From the NCBI RefSeq assembly GCF_009914755.1, contig NC_060935.1: a DNA stretch of 64,000 nt, one strand, 5' to 3'. Position numbers and translations under genes: made by a program. This document shows, piece by piece, positions 33,329 through 50,713 of this stretch (position 1 is the first letter of the stretch; each line of letters starts with the position of its first letter). Source of the stretch: the human T2T-CHM13v2.0 reference genome, Homo sapiens. Below the pieces are notes generated by a model. The model was not told the origin of the DNA. It ran no database searches and worked only from the letters and a program-made list of their open reading frames with translations.

Positions 33329-34674
33329 TGAGCAGGCACTGGTCCTGGTGTTTGAGTCGAGAAGGTGGGGAGCCCATAGATAAATAGATCACTCTCAGAA
33401 CCAGTCTGTGGTCCAGCCCAGGCCTCCAGGCCTGTTCCTCCTTTGGGATGTCTGCCAGGTGCTGGAAGCAAGGGGCAGTCTTGGAAAGGGTGGACCCACC
33501 AGGAGGTTGCCCCCTGCCAAGGGGAACACACACGTGTGTGTGTATGTATGTGTGAGTGCACACAGGCACGTGCGGACCTGACCCCGACCTCTGCCTTGGC
33601 CTAGGAGAGGACAGCGCAGGGCTGTGCATTTGGCAGGTCAGGTCCAAAGGGACGGGTGGTGGCCACTCTCATCCCCCTCTCAGATCCCAGGAGATGCTTG
33701 GAAATTTTCCTGGAGAGCTGGCTATGGGCCTGAGACCCTTGCTGCCCATAAAGGCTAGAAAAGAGGATACCAGAGAACTCTTCCGAAATCAGTTCAGACT
33801 TTACCAGCCTCTCTGAGCCTCCTTGCCAGAAGGTGATTGACAGCCTTGTGACTCACGCCCAGTGAAGATGGGCTGCCTCAGAACATCTCATTCCCAGATC
33901 CCACCACCTCCTGGAAATCAACCTCCAAATGATCCCAGGCCTTGCTGTAGGCTCTGAGCAATGCAGAATGGCCGCCTCATCATAGCCCCATGGGACGCAG
34001 CCTGGTGTGGTGTGAGGAGCATGAGGCATGAAGTCAGCGTGGATCTCAACCTGGACCCACAGGAGCTGTGAGGCCTCAGGAGAGTGATGTCATTAGGCCT
34101 TTGAGCCTTGGATTCCTCATCTGGGAAATGGCCATAATACCTTCCCATCAGTAGGTGCCTCGTAAATGTGAGTGTTCCTGCCTCTTCCCTTTCTTCCTTC
34201 TTTTTTCTGGATCCCCAGAACCTCCACTGACCACTTTACCACCTAGCTGCAAGGGCCCCCAGTTCCCAGAACCCTCGCAGGCTGCGGCCCGGCCTCTGAG
34301 CCTTGCAGGAGACAGCAGTTTCACCGTCTTTTGCTTGTGGCCTGCCGTGGGCCAGCACCCCCGAGAGCAAAGGCCGCAGAGCTAGGAGGCTCAGGCCCCA
34401 CCCTCTTCGTAAACACCAGTTGGGCACCAACTGACCTCAGGAGGGAAGTGCTCCACTGAGACCCTCCCCTTCCAGCCCTGCCTGCCACTGTATGTTCCAG
34501 GGGAAGTGCCAGACAAATCTGGCATCCTTGCACCCAGGTCTCCCCCGTCCTGGAAATAGTCACTTAGAGCCAAACCTCTGGCTGAAGGTAGAAAGGAATT
34601 TAAAATCCCTGAGCAGGTATCCCCTACCCTCACAAAATATCACCCTGGGCCATCCTAGACAGGGCAAGGTCTAA

Positions 34675-34923
<249 letters not shown>

Positions 34924-35358
34924 TAATCATTTTAATTTTGAGCAGTGGCGATGTGTGTGTGTTTTTATTATTCTTTATAACATGCTTTTCTGTCTTGTTA
35001 AAATTTCTCTAAGTAGAAACATTTTGAAATAAATAAGATTAGCACAGGTTTATTAGAGAAATATTTAGAAAATACCAAAAGTATAAAGGGGAAAATAAGA
35101 ATCACTAAAATCTCTCCTCTGGAACCAGACCACCAATATATCAGCTTATTTCCTTCTAGTTCTTTTTCTAGCATACATTTATGTTGTTTAATTCTTTTTA
35201 TCAAAAACAATGGCATCATATTGTTGAATAACCTTTTTTCTCTTTAACACTATATTTTGAACAATTTCTCATGCCCTTATTTACTTTAGAACACTTATTT
35301 TCAGTCTTTTTTCCCATGGAATCATGAATAAGTTATTTGTTTTCTATTTCCTTTTTAA

Positions 35359-35724
<366 letters not shown>

Positions 35725-35800
35725 TAAGTCATACACTTTATACCTTTTATTATTTTTTCTTATTTAAAAAGTAATACAGTTTTGTTGAAGAAAAATTAGA

Positions 35801-36105
35801 GGCCGGGCATGGTGGTCCACGCCTGTAATCCTAGCACTTTGGGAGACTGAGGCAGTGGATTGTTTGAGCGCAGGAGTTCGAGATCAGCCTGGACAACATG
35901 ACGAAACCCTGTCTCAACAAGAAATACAAAAATTATCCAGGCGTGGTGGCAGGTACCAAGTCCTAGCTATTCAGGAGGCTGAGGTGGGAGGATCACCTGA
36001 GCCCAGGAGGTCAAGGCTGTGGTGAGCCATGATTGTGCCACTGTACTCCAGCCTGAGTGACAAAGTGAGATCCTGTCTCAAAAAATAAAAATAAAAAAAT
36101 AGAAA
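35801..36105 (+). mobile_element. AluJ-like
   Basis: Full Alu; TSD gaaaaattag. Confidence 0.9.
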
Positions 36106-36660
36106 AATTAGCAAATACAGATGAACAAACAAAAGGTAAATAAATAAGCACATGAAATCCTTATAACCTACCATCCTGAAATAATCTCTACTAATACTTT
36201 AGCTTTCAACATTCCTGTCTTTTTTCTATGTACATATGGATGTATATAAACACACATTTTAAAATAAAATCATCTGGGTTAAAAGTTAAAGACTTAAATC
36301 ACATAAAAGAAGATAAAATTGGAATCATACAATTCATAATCGTTTTCATTTGCATTTTTGTTTACTTAATATATCTCATATTGATTAGGATTATTTCAGC
36401 TACAAATGACAGAAAACCCAAAGTAACAGTAGCTGAAGCACATTTAATTTCGCTCTCTAGTAAGTGACATCCAGCAGGAAGCAGCCCAGGCTGGTTCTGC
36501 AGCTCAGTGACCATCAGGGACTAGACTCCTTCTAACCGATGCCCTCCATCTTCCACACATGGCTTCCACCTCAGGACCCAAGACGGCTGTTCATATCCAC
36601 ACTCCGGAAACTGAAGAAGGAAGAAACAAAGAAGAGATCAGCTTTTCTCTCCAAGGACAC

Positions 36661-37020
36661 TGCTATCATCTGAACACATCCCCCTCAAATTCATATGTTG
36701 AAACTTAATCACCAATGTGACAGTATTAGTAGGTGGTGCTTTTAGGAGGTGATTAAGTCATGAGGGCAGAGCCTTCATGAATGAGATTAGTACCCTTATC
36801 AAAAAGGCACAAGGGACCTGTTTTCCCTTTCACCACATGAGGACGCAGCAAGAAGGCGCCATCTTGGAAGCAGAGAGCAGGCCCTCACCAGATACTGAAT
36901 CTGCTGGTACCTTGATTTTGGACTTCCCAGTCTGCAGAACTGTGAGCAATACATTTCCATTGTTCGTAAATTACTCACTCTAAGGTAATTTTGTTATAGC
37001 AGCAGGAACAGTCTAAGAGA
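36661..37020 (+). mobile_element. MaLR solo LTR (MST/MLT1A-like), nested in an older MLT1
   Basis: caaattcatatgttgaaac...gattaagtcatgagggcagagcc...ttgttatagcagca. Confidence 0.8.
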
Positions 37021-37273
37021 GATACTTCCTGGAATTCACATGCACCTCTTCTGCTTATATCCTGCTAGCCAGAATGTAGTCCCATGGCCACTGGGAAATA
37101 GGCTATTTATCTAAGTAGGGGTTCTGTTACTATGGCAAAAGGGGAGAACACATATTGGGGAGCAACTGGTATCTCTACCACACATCACAAACATCTTTCC
37201 AGTGTATATAGTTTTGTATCCTGCTTTCTTATATTTTGTTGAACATTTCCCCATATCATTAAATATTCTTTGA

Positions 37274-37603
<330 letters not shown>

Positions 37604-38977
37604 TAAATTCTTAATTTTTCTCAGTTAAGATTTATACTTATTAGTTAAGAATATATAAATTCTTAATTTTTAATGGCTGCTTAATATTCTGTTATATATA
37701 TGTAGCATCACTTATGGATCTTATTACTTGATCTCTGGGTATCAAGAGATACTCAGATTACTATTATTACTCTTGCTAAATAAGCCTCTTTTATGTTTAA
37801 AACTTGTCAGAGAAAGAGATGCCAAGCTTTCCTCTCCACTCTGTGGGTGCCCACCTCAGATATTTTGCTGGGGAGTCAGGGTGGTATCTGCCTGGAAAGC
37901 TGGCTGATTTTCTTCCTGTTAACAAATGAAGTTTTTTAGCAACTGGTATACCCTGCTGCTCCTGTTGCAGGGGAAGTCATAGGACAGGGCAGGGCCTGGT
38001 GGGCAGTTCCACTGTAGGTCGGGGAGTCCAGGGGCCTCAGGAAGTAGCGGGGAGTGGGGCAGTAAGAGGAAACTACAGACTCTCAGGACCAAGGGAGTCC
38101 CTGGCCCTGGAAAGTCTTGGGGGACTCAATGGGGCCCATTCTTTCTTTATTCGGGTTCAACAAATGCTTTTGAGCCCCTCACAGGGCTGTGGCCTATGTG
38201 CCTGGCCGTGGGGAAGTCTCAGAGAAGACGTGGTCCCTTTCATGCTCTTCAGGAGGGCAGCTAATTCTAAATTCTCATTAGAGTTCAACCTGGTGAGTTA
38301 CCTAAAATACAGAATCCTGGGGACCACATCCAAAAATCTGATGCAGTAGGTGTTGGTGGGCCTAGACTTTCAAATATCCCCAGGTGACCCTGATGAGGGT
38401 GATCAGGGACAGACCATTCTAGGGGGAGAAATATCACTCAAAGCCCTTGGAAGAAACCTCCTAAGCCAGGCAAACATGGAATCTCCATTTGCTCAGTAGA
38501 TAGCTTGAACCTCATTTAAGCCTTAGGCTATTATAGAATAATGGGGACACCAGTCAGGCAGACCTAAACTTAAATCGCAGCTTCATCCTTCGGTAACTGA
38601 ATGACCTCAGGCACATTAGTACTCTGTAAACCTCAGTCTTCTCATCTGTAAAATGAAGATAATCATAGTGTTTCACATGTGAAATTAAATGTTAAAGAGC
38701 ATAGCAGAGTGTCTGGCACTCAATAAATGCCAGATAGTATTATTAAATTAATTAAAATTAATTTGTTAATTAAAATTGCCTCTACGTGAGTAATTACAGC
38801 AGAAGACTGGACACAAGGTATGTAACACATCTTGTACACTGCCTGACTCATGGTGGTGGGTATTCAATAAATGCTTATTATTATTATTATGAACACTCTC
38901 ACATACCTTTTAACTCTAGGCCTTATTATCTCTGCATCTGTATCTAACACACAATTTTATCCTCCCCATAGAAATCA

Positions 38978-39660
<683 letters not shown>

Positions 39661-39663
39661 TTA

Positions 39664-39975
<312 letters not shown>

Positions 39976-40259
39976 GGGGGGGCGGCTCCAAAATGTCGGC
40001 TTAATGTCTGTTCCTAGTGCCTGCCCCAAAATGAAAGGGATTTTTCTCAGCTCCTTTCAGAAGGATGTGCAGGTGGCAGGGGGGTAAGATGAGGGTGAGT
40101 GGGAACCTCAGGTTTATACTTCCAACTCCCTGCTTTTGGGAGAGCCTATACCTGGGCTGAACTCCAAGGGCCAGGAGCTATGGAGGCCTGAGGCTGCTGT
40201 GAGGCAAGAGGGAGGATGCAGGGTCACTGTGGATAATGATATTTTCAAGTGCTCATGGA

Positions 40260-40470
40260 CGGCATGGTTGCCATGGTAATGCTGATGGCTCCAAACAAGC
40301 TGAGGCCTCTCTTGAGTTGTGAATCAGGTTCAGCTTTATTTATTAAAAAAGAAAACCAATGCCCCGACCTGTGAAGGGCAAAGTGAAGCCGCAGGTGGAG
40401 GCCACAGCGTGAATCAGCAGGTGCGTCGGCCGCGAGGCACACAGCCCCTGAGCCTCCTGACGTCAGCTGG
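40260..40470. promoter_or_regulatory. Candidate distal enhancer
   Basis: RFX-like GTTGCCATGGTAAT 40267-40280, TGAATCA twice, CAGGTG twice, full CRE TGACGTCA 40458-40465, local CpG cluster. Confidence 0.5.
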
Positions 40471-41589
40471 CCCAGCCCACCACAGAGCCTGGAAAAACCC
40501 ACAGGGGCAGGTGGGGAGGCCAGCATCGCAAACCATGGCCCAGGAGGGAAAATACAAACAGAATTCACACTGCTGGGTGGAAACCACTTAATAGGAAGCA
40601 GGTTCCATTTTCTCAGCTTTGGCTCAAAGACCAGACTCAAAGGACTCTACCTCTCTGAGAGTCCTCAGGGCCCAAGGAAATGGGGCACCCCCAGCCCAAC
40701 CTCAGCAAGTGAAGGTCAAGGCCTGGCCCTGAGATGGCCCATGCGGAGCTGACCACCCAGCCGTGTGACACAGTAGGAGTGCCCTTCCTAATGTCCTAGG
40801 GGAAACCAGTTGGCCCTCTGAGAGCAAGAGGGTCCTGGAAAGACAACAAAGGCCACAAAAATGCTCTCACATGGCCTAAACTTATGGGTAGCGCCCCTCC
40901 TGCTGGGGAGTGGGTAGAGACTTCTGATGGACCCTGGCCTGTGTCATCCCCCCATAAGGAGGCCCACAGTAACAGTAACAATGACACACTGGAATCCTCT
41001 TCTGTGGCTTGGACACTGTCCCTGAATCCTAGACTTACAGGTATAGGGGCCATAAAACCTACTGGTTTGTCTGGGTTCGCTGTTGATCCCACTGATTGAG
41101 AAGAAGCCTCTGATTTCTTCCCCTCCCTCGCGCCAATATCCTGGTGGACCCACTTCCTAACCAGCACTGGACTCCAAGCCCTTGTCTCCACCCACTGCCT
41201 TCATTATTTGGCAGAATATTATAGGGGGTAGGCCAGTGGGTGCTGAAGTCAGGGTGGATGGATTTAAGTCCTCCTTCTGCCACTTATCTGCTATGTGGCT
41301 GAGCCTCCATTCCTCGGTCTGTAATACAGGTGTGATAATAATGACAGCACCACTCACATGGTAGCACTGAGGATGAAATGTGATAATATCTGCAAGTGTT
41401 TAGTGCAGAGCCTGGCTGGCACATAGTCAGTGCCGGGTAACTGTTTGCCATTGTTAACTTTACTTCAGGCCTCATCATATCCCACCTGGAGAACAGCAAC
41501 AGCCTCATAACACCACAGGCTGGTCTTGCTCACCTCCAGTCTGCTGTCCACACCACAGCAGAGTGGTTGATCTAAAATGCATCTGATCA

Positions 41590-41998
<409 letters not shown>

Positions 41999-42422
41999 CT
42001 ACCCTCTCCAGCCCTGTATCTTACTACACCCTTCCATCCTTGATAAGTTTCAGCCATACCCGTTAGCAGCATCTCCAAGGTGCCAAGCTCTGCCATACCT
42101 CCAGGATTTTTGCCATGTTCTTCCCTTTACCCAGGATGCCCTTTCTCTTTTTGTCCAGCTAGAAAACACCTGTTCATCCTTCAAGACCGCATCAAGATCC
42201 CTCTATACTGTGAAACTTTCCTGTCCTCCCCTCAAAAGCAGAGTAGATCATTGCCCCCTCTGAGCCGCTTTGGTACCATGGCAAAACCCTGTCTCTAACA
42301 CAGCTGTGGTCTAGGTGCTACTGACACAAGTGAACAGGCATATGCACACACATACACGAGACAGGTGGCATGAGCATGTCTTGCTCCATAGGGTAGAGCA
42401 GGGGACCGTAAGAACGTGTCTA

Positions 42423-42846
<424 letters not shown>

Positions 42847-43524
42847 CTAGGGCTCATATGATCCTCACCAGGCAGGGCCCTACAAACAAGACAGGTGTTG
42901 TTTTCTCCCCCACTTTCAGATGAACAAACTGAGACTCAGAGAGAGTTAAATGACTTTCCAGGACTGTAGAAGTGCCAGAACTGAATCCATCACTTCCCAA
43001 GCACTGTGCATGTAGCTTCTGCCAGGCTTTCTGCTAGGCACAGGGGATACTGAGGTGAATGGAACACAGTCCCTGCCCCTCAAGGTGGCCAACTGCATAA
43101 TGGCAAAAGCACAGTTTCTCAAGTCAGACAGAACCTGTGTTTGAATCTCGACTTCCCCACTGACTAGCCTTGTGAGCCTGAACTGGTTCCTAACCTCCAC
43201 ATCTCACATTTTGAGTCTCAGATTCAAAACATAACCTAGATCAAACCAGCCTCGTGCTCAAACCCTCCAAAGGCATCAGCTCAGAGTAAAATCCACATAT
43301 GACCCAGTCACTGCTCCCATATCCAGTTCATTTCCTCTTTCTGTTCATCTCTCTTCCCACCCTCAGATGCCCTGGCTCCTGGCTATGCCTAAAGCAAGAC
43401 AAGCATCTCCAACCTTTGATCTTTGCCCTTCTCTTCCCTCTCCTGGATGCACTTTCTCCAGATGGACACATGGCTAACTCCCTCCTGCCACTCAGGTCTC
43501 CAGCTTCTCAGAGAGGCCATCCCT

Positions 43525-44140
<616 letters not shown>

Positions 44141-44452
44141 AGCCAATCCCTGACCATGGCATCCAAAACAGTGGCCCTGTCACTATCAACTGTACTCTTC
44201 TTCAAAACACTGTCTCTATATTATGCAACCTGATACTACCTGTATTCGACCATTTGTTAATGACCTATCCCTCCTATTAGTACACAAGGGTACAGATACA
44301 CCCATTTTGTTTACTCCTCTGTGCCTAGAACAGTGCCTGGCACATAGTAGGAGCTCAACAAATTTTTGTTACACAAATAAATCAATGACCCTCACTTTCC
44401 TCCCCTTTAAAATGATACATACAGCCACATAGTTATAAGAATTAAATTATGT

Positions 44453-44872
<420 letters not shown>

Positions 44873-46517
44873 TTACTGTCATTGTTCATGCTGTTGTTGT
44901 TTTGGTGCTTGCCATCTCAAAGCGGGGAGACAGGTGTGGAAATAAGTAATTTGTGATAATAAAGCTCTTATCCTGAGCCCTCTGCTCCACTTTGGGGTGT
45001 GGGCAGCAGCCCCTCCATCTGCCTGAACAGCAGGGCCTGAAACTTTTATCTGGACTGCCAAGGTCACCCTCTGGGTCTGGCCCTGATGATGGGAGACCTC
45101 TCTCTGGGGCCTTCCTGGGCTGGGGGCAGTGGGCAGAGCCCAGCCCAGGCCTCAGAAACCCGTGATTTCCCCCAAGAGCAGGCCCCACATCAAAGCCAAT
45201 CTCGGAGGGGCGAGGCCTCAGGATAAATGGAAGATTAAAGAAGGCTCAGTCTCCACAAGGCCACAGGGAGAGGCAGCCAGCAGGCGACCACAGCGGAGAG
45301 GCCCCGACACAGCCCTGGCAGTGGCCATCTTGGGGGGCAAGAGGAGAGAAGGGGGCCCAGTCCTCGGCAAGGGGAGCCAGGAGGACACCTTAGCAAAGGG
45401 GGTGCTCCTTGTGATTAAATCTCGATGCATCTCTCCATTCCATGCCCGCTTCTTAACCCTTTCCCAGCCAGGCGGCAGCAGGGAGCTCAAGATAGGAAGC
45501 CCTGGGCCTCTCTTCAAGAGACTTGGTTTGGTCATTGGGTTTGGTCATTGGGGTTTGCTCTTTCCAGCAAGGGAGCCTGTAATGAAGACCTCCTGGCCCC
45601 AGTCTTCCTCCCCAGGGAAGGTCTGTAATTAGTGCAGGAGGCGAGGCTGGGGAAGCGCAGACAATGTCATTTGAACCAGGATGAGACAGGGCTCAATTGC
45701 TAGTCTGCACTTTTTTTTTCTGGTGCCATTTCATATACAAAACTCCAGCAAACTTAACCCTTTCCTGGTTGGGCCCGGATGCCAGGGTTTCAGCTTGGCA
45801 CAGCATCCATTCCTGTGCCTAACATGCGCCATTCTCACCTCCACCATATACACCCCAGTTCAGGTAAGCCATGGTTTCAGACTTCCTCAACACCAGCCAA
45901 TCAATCACCCAACAAGCCTTTGACGAATGCCACCAGATGTCAAGCACCCAGGGGAGGGGACCCAAGGGAAAATCTCCCTTCCTGTCAGCAAGGAGCTGAC
46001 GATCCCTCTAAGCAGCAGGGGAATGCCCACTCGAAACAGGTGGCAGGCAATGGAAGGGAAAGTGGCACCTGCTGAGGACCAGTGCAGGGCAGGGAAGGAA
46101 GCTGGGTGGAGGCAGAGTACACACGATAGGTGCAGGAAGGGTTGGCGTGTGGTAAGCACTCTGTACATATGTTCCAAGGGAGATATCTTCCTGGAGCAGA
46201 GCTTTTCTGCAATCAGGGTCTGAGGGCTGAACCCACAGAGACACGGAAGGCGGGCAAAGCCAGCCCCAGGTAGAGATGGATGTCAGAGCTATTGAGACAG
46301 GCAGAGGCTACTGCCTCCTCCCCCATGCTCCTGGAGCACCCATTCTGAATCCCTGAACTACAGTTTATCTCACGCTATACTACAACCTGCCTGATTGCAG
46401 ATCTGGCTTCTCAACTAGATTGCAAGCAGCCGGAGGGCTGTGTCTATTCACCTCTGGTCTCGTGGGCCTCAGCACTGAGCCTGGCACACAAGAAGTATTC
46501 AATAAATGCTCTTTGGT

Positions 46518-46829
46518 TGTTTTTTTTTAAGACTTTTTATTTTTATGGGGGACAGAGTCTCGCTCTGTCGCCCAGGCTGAAGTGCAGTGATGCGATCTTG
46601 GCTCACTGCATCCTCCACCTCCCGGGTGGAAGTGATTCTCCTGTCTCAGCCTCCTGAGTAGCTGGGATTACAGGTGCATGCTACCATACATGGCTAATTT
46701 TTGTATTTTTAGTAGAGATGGGGTTTTACCATACTGGTCAGACTTGTCTGGAACTCCTAACCTCAGGTGATCCACCTGCCTTGGCCTCCCAAAGTGCTGG
46801 GATTACAGGCGTGAGCCACTGCGTGCAGC
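46518..46829 (-). mobile_element. AluS
   Basis: Antisense Alu; TSD aataaatgctcttt. Confidence 0.93.
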
Positions 46830-47140
46830 AAATAAATGCTCTTTGAATAGATGGTTGGGCTTGCATGAGATGGTGAGAGAAGTGAGGAAGAATCCACCTC
46901 TACGGACTTTCCCAGGGAGGATGCAAATTCTGGCCCCACTTCCCTTGCAAATCACATCACAGTATCTCTAACATGTAAAGTTTAGCTTCTAGAAATCAGT
47001 AAGACCAACCACCAATTTTTAAAGGTTGAAGAACGTGAATAGAGTCTACAGAAAAGGAAACATAAATTGTCCTAACACATCTAAAAAGATGCTCAATCCT
47101 ACTCAAGATAAATGCAAATTTAAAATATACTGGAGGCTAT

Positions 47141-47545
47141 GGCTGGGCACCATGGCTCACGCCTGTAATCCTAGCACTTTGGGAGGCCAAGTCAGGTCTC
47201 CTCACCTGAGGTTAGGAGTTCCAGACCAGCCTGACCAATATGGTAAAAACCCCATCTCTGCTAAACATGGTAAGGTGTAAATGAGTGTACTCCCAGCACT
47301 TTCGGGGGCTGAAGCAGGAGGATCACTTAAGGCCAGAAGTTGAGACCAGCCTGGGCAACATAGTGAGACCCCATCTCTACAAATAATAATAATAAATTAT
47401 CTAAGCATGGTGGTGCATGCCTGTAGTCCCAGCTACTCATATAGCTGAGGTGGGAGGATTGCTTGAGCCCAGGAGGTCAAGGCTACAGTGAGCCATAGCT
47501 GTACTGCCGCACTCCATCCTGGGCGACAGAGCAAGACCTTGTCTC
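47141..47545 (+). mobile_element. Two abutting partial Alus
   Basis: Left arm 47141-47270 and 5'-truncated AluJ 47290-47545. Confidence 0.82.
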
Positions 47546-47605
47546 CAAAAAAATAAATAAAATACACTGGAAATCATTTCTTATTTATCAGATTAGAAAA
47601 TTCCA

Positions 47606-48061
<456 letters not shown>

Positions 48062-48336
48062 TTATCCTACATGCAGTGCTTGAACAAGCCTATCTTTGCA
48101 GCACTGTTTGTTACAGTAAAAAAACTAGAAACAATCCAATTGTCCATTAATTGGGGTCAGGTAAATAAATGATGGTACATTCATACAATGGGTGGCTATG
48201 CAGCTATTTTAAAAAAAAGGATGAGGAAGTTCTCTGTGTGCTAATACAGGAAGATCTTGAAAATAGATTAAGTGGGGGGAAAAGATGCAGAACAGTGTGT
48301 ATAATACTTTTCAATTTAAAAAGAAAGAGAGAGGGA

Positions 48337-48922
<586 letters not shown>

Positions 48923-49847
48923 TTATATGTTAGTTAAAGGGTGGGAACTTAGTGGTTAGGATATAGGATGCAGAGATGGGGGGATTACTTTTTGTTGTAT
49001 TCTTTTTTTATTTTTTAAACCATCTGAATGCATTATCTATTCAAGAAATTGAAAAAGACACACACACACAAACTTCCACCTAGGACTGGGGATTCTTGGA
49101 TTCTTCACAAGTTGCTGGGTAAATGTGATTCTACCTCAGCTGGCTGTCCCTCTGTCGTTTTCCCTCCCTCGCTCCCACCAGGTTTTCCTGAGACCCTGGA
49201 TTCCAGTAAACGGTCCTGCCATCTCAACTCGTGCCTCCAGATCATGGACTATGTGTGACCTTGGGCAAGTTACTTCATCTCTCTGGGCCTCAATAAAACA
49301 GAGTAATCCTAGTACCTGCCTCCAAGGGTTATGGTAAGATGTAAATGAGGAAACTCATCTTGGCACCAATAAAAATTCAAAAAAAAAAAAAAGAAAACTC
49401 ATAGGATGTGTTTAGCATATATCCTGGGACTTGATCAATGCTATATTGTATAAATATATAAGATTTACTGTTCATATTCTTTGCCAATATTTTTATTGGA
49501 TTGTTGGTCTTTGTCTTATTGATTTATAGGCGCTCTATTGATTCAGAAGATTGAGTTATGCATTGCAAACTGGCAGAGCATTGAAAAGTAACAAGACCCA
49601 ATAAATGGCAGTTTGTGAAAATCACTATATATTTCTGATTATTTCTCCTCCAAGCCATGCATGCTGATGTTTGAAGGGGTCCCACATTGAAGACCTTGGG
49701 GCTCATCTGGACAGCCCTCAAGGAGCAGAGTCTTTTGTCACTGGCTCTGTGTCTCTTAACCAGTCTCCTCTGGGTAGTCAGAGATTATCATTCTCCTAGG
49801 TGCTTCCAGCTGCAGCCCTCAGAACAACAACCTTCCCTTTTACTCTA

Positions 49848-50713
<866 letters not shown>

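Noticed and set aside
40335-40340. Minus-strand AATAAA as the 3' end of an antisense transcript
   Set aside because: An isolated hexamer in an A/T run, with no supporting exon structure.
40889-40906. CTCF-like TAGCGCCCCTCCTGCTGG
   Set aside because: Two extra bases break the spacing of the core motif.
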